Positions 59,279 through 64,000 of a stretch of DNA of 64,000 nucleotides are shown here, piece by piece. The stretch spans positions 1,792,001-1,856,000 of the forward strand of contig CAXXKJ010000002.1 in NCBI GenBank assembly GCA_963675295.2, written 5' to 3'. Position 1 is the first letter of the stretch. Each line of letters starts with the position of its first letter. The position numbers and the translations under genes were made by a program. The notes beneath the pieces were generated by a model. It was not told where the DNA came from. It searched no databases and worked only from the letters and a program-made list of their open reading frames with translations. The stretch comes from a bacterium. GTDB taxonomy: Bacteria; Electryoneota; Electryoneia; Electryoneales; Electryoneaceae.

Positions 59279-59430
59279 CCGGGGACACTTTCTACTGAAC
59301 GTGTCCCCGGCTGATGCCGGCTTACCACGGACTTAAGTCCTTGGTAATTCAGTTTTTACTCACAACTCACAACTCAAAACTCAAAACTCACAGCTCACAG
59401 CTCACAGCTCAGAGCTCAGAGCTCAGAGCT
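59279..59430. repeat. Composite repeat block: family A hairpin, family B palindrome, CTCANAN heptamers
   Basis: 59279-59310; 59322-59347; about 59358-59430. Confidence 0.88.
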
Positions 59431-59438
59431 GGTGTTGA

Positions 59439-61310
59439 TCATCCCGCCTGCTGCATGGAAGCCATCAGCATGCCAACGGTGCGCTTCGGGTTGATCAGCA
59501 GCACGAGACGGTCGCCGGCGTAGGTGGCGTCCGTACCCGCGAGAATCAGTCCGGCGAGTTGCTGCGAGGTGAGATCGGGCTTGATGACGAGCAGTTTCGC
59601 GGCGAGGTTGACCACGTTCGGGCTGGACATGGAGGTTCCGCTGAACGGAATCCGGTCACCGCCGGGCACGTAGCTCTCGACCTCGAAACCATTTGCGTAC
59701 ACATCCACCTTGCCGAAGCTGGTGAAATCGGTTTCATCCCCGGCCTGGTCCACCGCGCCGATGCTGATGATGTTCGGCAGACGGAACGAGCTCGGCAGGA
59801 ACTCCTCGAACTCGACGTCGTTGTCCGAGTTACCGGCGGAGGTGACGAAGAGGATGTCCGGCGCGTTACGGATCGCGTCGTACAGGCCCTGCTTGCCGAT
59901 TTCGAAAATCTGGCGCGCTAGTTCCTTGCGTTCTTCCGGTGTACCGCCGGCGTTGTTCTGCTCGAGGGCCGATTCGATCCCGGCGACGCTGCCACCCCAG
60001 CTCATGTTGACCACGCGGACATTGTTGTCCTTGAAGTACTGCACGACTTCCTGGTACATCACCGAGTCCTTGCGCGCCTGCTCGATCGTCGGCAGTTCGG
60101 GAATCATGGTGTGGCCGAACGACAGACGGGCGGCGAGCAGGCGGATGTACGGATTGCCCGCGGAGGCGATACCGGCAACGTGGGTACCGTGGCTGTAGTT
60201 ACCGTACTTGCTGATATCTTCGATGAACGGCTGCACCTCGGACTGCTCAAGCTCACTGATGTTGGCTTGCAGTTCCTGAGCTTCTTCGCTGTCGATGTTC
60301 GCCTGCAGGTCGAGCAGGCCCTTGGTCAGGCGCTGCAGACGCGGGCGATCAGCTTCGACATCACCGATCGGATACAGCAGGTCTGGGGTTTTGTTGGCGT
60401 GCAGATCGTATGCGATGCCGTGAGCGTCGTCAACGAATCCGTTGCCGTCGTCATCCTTGCCGTTGTCCGGGATTTCGTTTTCGTTGGTCCACATCTGGCC
60501 GGTGCGGACGAAGACGTCGGCGTCCACGCCGCTGTCCCAGATACCGATCACGACCGGGTCGGCGTCCTGGCCTTCCGGCAGTTCGACATCACGGTCCGCC
60601 CAGATGTCGTCCTTCTCGGTGGCGTTGGCGTCGAGGTAGGCGCTGTACACTTCGGTGACCACGCTCTTGTTCGGGATGTAATAGTGGACGGTCGTGTAAG
60701 CACCGAGCAGGCCGGTCGCGATGTCTTTGGAAACTTCACCGTCGGATCCGTCGATCACCGGCTGGACGGTCGCTTCGAGGCTACCCTTGAGCAGGTTGAC
60801 GGTGATGATCTGGGAGGTGCCCTTGGTCTGCTTGATCACGTCACCGACCACGTCGTACGGCAGTCCGCTGACACGCTGCGACAGTTCACGGCGCAAAACC
60901 GGGCCGATGTCATCGCCGGAACGGACGGCGGTGATGTACGATTCCATGAACAGGCCGGTGGTCAGCTTCGCGGCTTCCTTGTCCTCGAGGTCGCGGCGCA
61001 TCTGCAGATACTTGAGGTAGGTGTCCCAGTCCTTCTCGATCAGCGCGATGGTGCCGAGGTCGGCGTAGTAGTTCTTTAGAGTCGTCGGATCTTCGATCAG
61101 GTACGTGTCGAGATCGCTCTGCAGGTCCTTCTTGACATCTTTCGCCAGGTCGAGGATGGCGTCACGGTCCATCACAAACTCAGCGGCCTGCCCCTCGACG
61201 TCGTAGGTGTGACGGGGGAGATCATCCAGTTTCTCGATCCGGATCTTGTCCGCCGCGTACCCACTGACAGCGATCAGCAGCGCGATCATGACAAGCATAC
61301 TCTTCTTCAT
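59439..61310 (-). CDS. Secreted S8 (subtilisin-like) peptidase
   Basis: IWDSGVD, HGTHVAGI, SAGN, SGTSMSSP catalytic triad motifs. Confidence 0.93.
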   Translation of the reverse strand: MKKSMLVMIALLIAVSGYAADKIRIEKLDDLPRHTYDVEGQAAEFVMDRDAILDLAKDVKKDLQSDLDTYLIEDPTTLKNYYADLGTIALIEKDWDTYLKYLQMRRDLEDKEAAKLTTGLFMESYITAVRSGDDIGPVLRRELSQRVSGLPYDVVGDVIKQTKGTSQIITVNLLKGSLEATVQPVIDGSDGEVSKDIATGLLGAYTTVHYYIPNKSVVTEVYSAYLDANATEKDDIWADRDVELPEGQDADPVVIGIWDSGVDADVFVRTGQMWTNENEIPDNGKDDDGNGFVDDAHGIAYDLHANKTPDLLYPIGDVEADRPRLQRLTKGLLDLQANIDSEEAQELQANISELEQSEVQPFIEDISKYGNYSHGTHVAGIASAGNPYIRLLAARLSFGHTMIPELPTIEQARKDSVMYQEVVQYFKDNNVRVVNMSWGGSVAGIESALEQNNAGGTPEERKELARQIFEIGKQGLYDAIRNAPDILFVTSAGNSDNDVEFEEFLPSSFRLPNIISIGAVDQAGDETDFTSFGKVDVYANGFEVESYVPGGDRIPFSGTSMSSPNVVNLAAKLLVIKPDLTSQQLAGLILAGTDATYAGDRLVLLINPKRTVGMLMASMQQAG

Positions 61311-61551
61311 CGTTTGCTCCAGGTTGAATCTGTATCAGGTGTATCCAGTTGTTACAATCTTAGACGATGCAAACATGGTGCAGGTTGCAGGGCGGAGCAA
61401 CAGCAATCTTGCCTCAGGAGAGGGATCTCTCGGAAACCGGAAGAAACGAACACTCGCTCCGGAACGGGGTTTATTTACCATCCTTGGCTCGTATATTCGT
61501 GCCTGAGACAGATAGCCTCATTTCCAACTAGTCAAGTCTGGACGGTTACCC

Positions 61552-62226
61552 ATGTTGATGGATCAAGGCTACATGAAGTCGTTCCTCAAGTTCCTCGGGT
61601 ACACGCTGCTCGCGGTTGTGGTCTTTTTTGTGCTCCTGTTTACGACGCAGGATGAAGAAGAAATCGAGAATTTCTTCAGTATGACCAACTTTACCGAGCA
61701 GATCTACGATTACTGGGACTGGAAGCGGTACATCGAAGATTTCGATGACGTCAAGTTCACCGGGTACATGGACATCTATTTCACTGGTGACACGACCGGG
61801 TTGAACATCGACCAGCGCTACTACCAGTTCTTCATGGAGAACTCGTACAAAGAACACTTCGGCGACTTTACTCCCTTTATCAATTTCGACAACTTCGACC
61901 TGATGGAACGGGACGAGAGGGTCCGCGAGCTCTATGAGACCGCCCAGGATGAGCAGGTGATGATCAACCGGATCGAGGTCAATTGCAGATACTTTGGCTT
62001 CGGACCTGTGCTCTATAAGGTGATCATGCGTTCGGGCACAATTGGCGCGGAGGGCACGGTTGAGACGACTTACATCAACCTTGGCAGCGCGCAGATGCCT
62101 AAGTTCAGACGGTCACTGGAACACGGCATCGACCGTGAGCTGAAGAGTTGGGCGAAGCGGTTCTACAAGATCAAGGCCAACGACGAGCAGTTGAAGGAGC
62201 TCTACAAGAGCGTCTACCAGAAATAG
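61552..62226 (+). CDS. Hypothetical membrane-anchored protein
   Basis: N-terminal TM helix, host-like codon usage, downstream terminator. Confidence 0.7.
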   Translation: MLMDQGYMKSFLKFLGYTLLAVVVFFVLLFTTQDEEEIENFFSMTNFTEQIYDYWDWKRYIEDFDDVKFTGYMDIYFTGDTTGLNIDQRYYQFFMENSYKEHFGDFTPFINFDNFDLMERDERVRELYETAQDEQVMINRIEVNCRYFGFGPVLYKVIMRSGTIGAEGTVETTYINLGSAQMPKFRRSLEHGIDRELKSWAKRFYKIKANDEQLKELYKSVYQK

Positions 62227-62301
62227 TGGGGCGTCATCCCGAGTCTCAGGGTTTGGGACGGAGATGGCCCTTCCGGATGGTAAGCTATCGGATACAGAAG
62301 T

Positions 62302-62334
62302 GGGGCGTGTTCATCAGAACACGCCCCGTTTTTT
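62302..62334 (+). terminator. Intrinsic terminator
   Basis: ggggcgtgttc-atca-gaacacgccccgtttttt. Confidence 0.75.
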
Positions 62335-62375
62335 CTCAGACTAGCATCGCACTTGGATTGGTTTGTTCGTTCGCG

Positions 62376-63110
62376 CTAATCGTCCTCTTCGCTCACCCGG
62401 TCGAGCGGATTGACCTCATCGGCCAGTGCTAGGTTGACACGCTGTACCGCATCGTCCATCGATTCCGGATCGCTGAGACTCAGGGTGCTGAGCCCAACGA
62501 CAGCGCATTCCGGCTTCAGGTTCAACTGGACATTGTTGCCACGCAGGAACAGCAGCGCCTGGTTGAAGTTGAGCAGGATGCCGGTGATCCAGACGATCTC
62601 GGCTTCGGTGGCACCGAGCCGGTGCAGGTCACGGCGGACAAAATTGGTCCACGTGCGTGGGTCCTCGACATCACCCCCGGCGAGCAACGTTGCCAGCGCG
62701 GTCAGGGCCCAGCGGTTGAGACGTTGATCGACGACAACGTCATGCGTATCGCAAATCAGCTTGAAAACCCCATCGTCCAACCCATCGCGCCAGACTTCCT
62801 TGTGCACCTGCTCGACGGCACTAAGGCGGAACTCCCTCCGCACTGAATTTCCTGCCCAGCAGGGGATGAGTTCGTCCAGGATGCCGTGCGTGTTGAGCCA
62901 TCGCAAGCCGCGATCCCGTTCCGGTGTGGCGAGGATAGCCCACAGTTCCTCCCGAGCGGTGGCCGGATCGGCAAACAGCGGCCGGGGCTGGTCAGCAAGT
63001 GCCGTTTCGAGTTCATCCGGGATAGCGTCACCGGTTTCGGCCAGCTTCCTTGCGGCCTGCATGCAGCTCATCGGGTCAACCGTGGCGGTTGATTGTGTCG
63101 GTTCAGCCAT
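62376..63110 (-). CDS. Protein resembling the helical body of CCA-adding enzyme/poly(A) polymerase, without the catalytic head
   Basis: DPMSCMQAARKLA resembles DPLRxLRAARFA; AREELWAIL..GLRWL..GILDELIP resembles the PolyA_pol RNA-binding motif. Confidence 0.55.
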   Translation of the reverse strand: MAEPTQSTATVDPMSCMQAARKLAETGDAIPDELETALADQPRPLFADPATAREELWAILATPERDRGLRWLNTHGILDELIPCWAGNSVRREFRLSAVEQVHKEVWRDGLDDGVFKLICDTHDVVVDQRLNRWALTALATLLAGGDVEDPRTWTNFVRRDLHRLGATEAEIVWITGILLNFNQALLFLRGNNVQLNLKPECAVVGLSTLSLSDPESMDDAVQRVNLALADEVNPLDRVSEEDD

Positions 63111-63331
63111 GTGTAACTCTGCGTTTACCAGGGTGGCCGGGCCGGGAGAATCCGGTGGAAAGGACGTGCTTGCGGCAATCAGAAACCCAGATCGCTCCCC
63201 CCGCGCTTCTATCTAACTTAGACGGATGCATCGTGCCGCGAAAGCGTCAGGTCTAAATCGCGGAAAGATTTCCACGATCTCGTGGCTCAGGGAGCACGCC
63301 AAACCTTGGGTGCGGTTCCAGCCCTAGAGAC

Positions 63332-63362
63332 AAAAAAGCCGGGTGCGATTGCATCCGGCTTG
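63332..63362 (-). terminator. Intrinsic terminator
   Basis: aaaaaagccgggtgc-gatt-gcatccggctt. Confidence 0.7.
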
Positions 63363-63382
63363 ATGTAGACAACGATCAGAAC

Positions 63383-64000
63383 TTAGAACGGGTGTTCGGT
63401 TTCCCAGTTTTCGCTCTTCAGAGTGTAGTGACCGCTCATACCGCCATAGGACACGGAATCGACCACGAAGCGCACGTACTCTTCGCCTGCGATGTAGCCG
63501 GTACCGGTGCCGGTGCCATCCGAGTTGATGTCAAACATGGTTTCCAGCAGCACGAGCTGCGGCGTGGCGTTCTGGCCGAAAATCGGATAATACAGCTCAG
63601 ATTCGTAGTGACCGGAATAGTCACCTTCAACCATCGACACATCACTCCAGGACACGTTGTACGCGTATTCGTAGTTCACTTCCTGGCCCTGGATGTCGAG
63701 CACGTACTTGTAGCTGTAGCTCCACGCACCATCAAACATCGTGCGCGCAGCGTTCACCTCGCCCCAGTAGTCGTACATGATTTCGATCGTCGCGTATTCC
63801 GTGTACGTGGAGTACATCCGGTACTCGACCTTGGTTACGTCTTCGCCTTCGTGGGCGGGATCCCACACGTCCGGGGTCAGGCGGACCATGAAGTCACCAA
63901 AGCCCTGGTAGTCTTCGGAGGTGTACCAACCATCGTTATCCGGACCGGTGAATCCCTCTGGCGGATCGGCGACCATGAACATCTGCTTGAAGCCATCTGT
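63383..64000 (-). CDS. Hypothetical protein, 3' part (start outside the window)
   Basis: Frame open to the window edge; acidic, aromatic, beta-rich; followed by a terminator. Confidence 0.7.
   Translation of the reverse strand, partial: TDGFKQMFMVADPPEGFTGPDNDGWYTSEDYQGFGDFMVRLTPDVWDPAHEGEDVTKVEYRMYSTYTEYATIEIMYDYWGEVNAARTMFDGAWSYSYKYVLDIQGQEVNYEYAYNVSWSDVSMVEGDYSGHYESELYYPIFGQNATPQLVLLETMFDINSDGTGTGTGYIAGEEYVRFVVDSVSYGGMSGHYTLKSENWETEHPF

Overview
A 64-kb, mostly high-GC chromosomal segment. Several proteins end in a YPNPF-type type IX secretion (T9SS) C-terminal domain, which suggests an FCB-group bacterium (inference). Core genes include the rplM-rpsI-rpsB-tsf-pyrH-frr cluster (pyrH carries a 1-nt frameshift), flavodoxin, ggt, tatA, mce, a methionine gamma-lyase, pcm and an m5U methyltransferase. 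Secreted proteins include S41 and S8 proteases and several T9SS cargo proteins. There is an oxidative-stress/iron cluster (PerR-like Fur, four ferritin-like genes, sod) with an IS200-type element inserted. Most notable: (1) a lone Zn-finger/TOPRIM/AAA primase-helicase gene with a candidate LexA-boxed promoter upstream, an antisense low-GC HNH gene, and an iteron/inverted-repeat origin-like sequence at its 3' end, but no integrase in the window; (2) three families of REP-like palindromes plus heptamer arrays, with copies translated in frame inside the primase-helicase and a DinG-like helicase; (3) an operon coupling an atypical PEP-synthase-like dikinase, PAS histidine kinase, response regulator, CBS protein and SLC13 transporter; (4) several apparent pseudoenzymes (a dead ATP-sulfurylase domain on an intact APS kinase, a headless CCA-adding-enzyme-like protein, a DinG without Fe-S cysteines); (5) candidate DtxR/MntR-type operators upstream of the ferritin-like genes and sod. 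No rRNA, tRNA or CRISPR array was recognised. All assignments are from motif recognition by eye; no searches were run.
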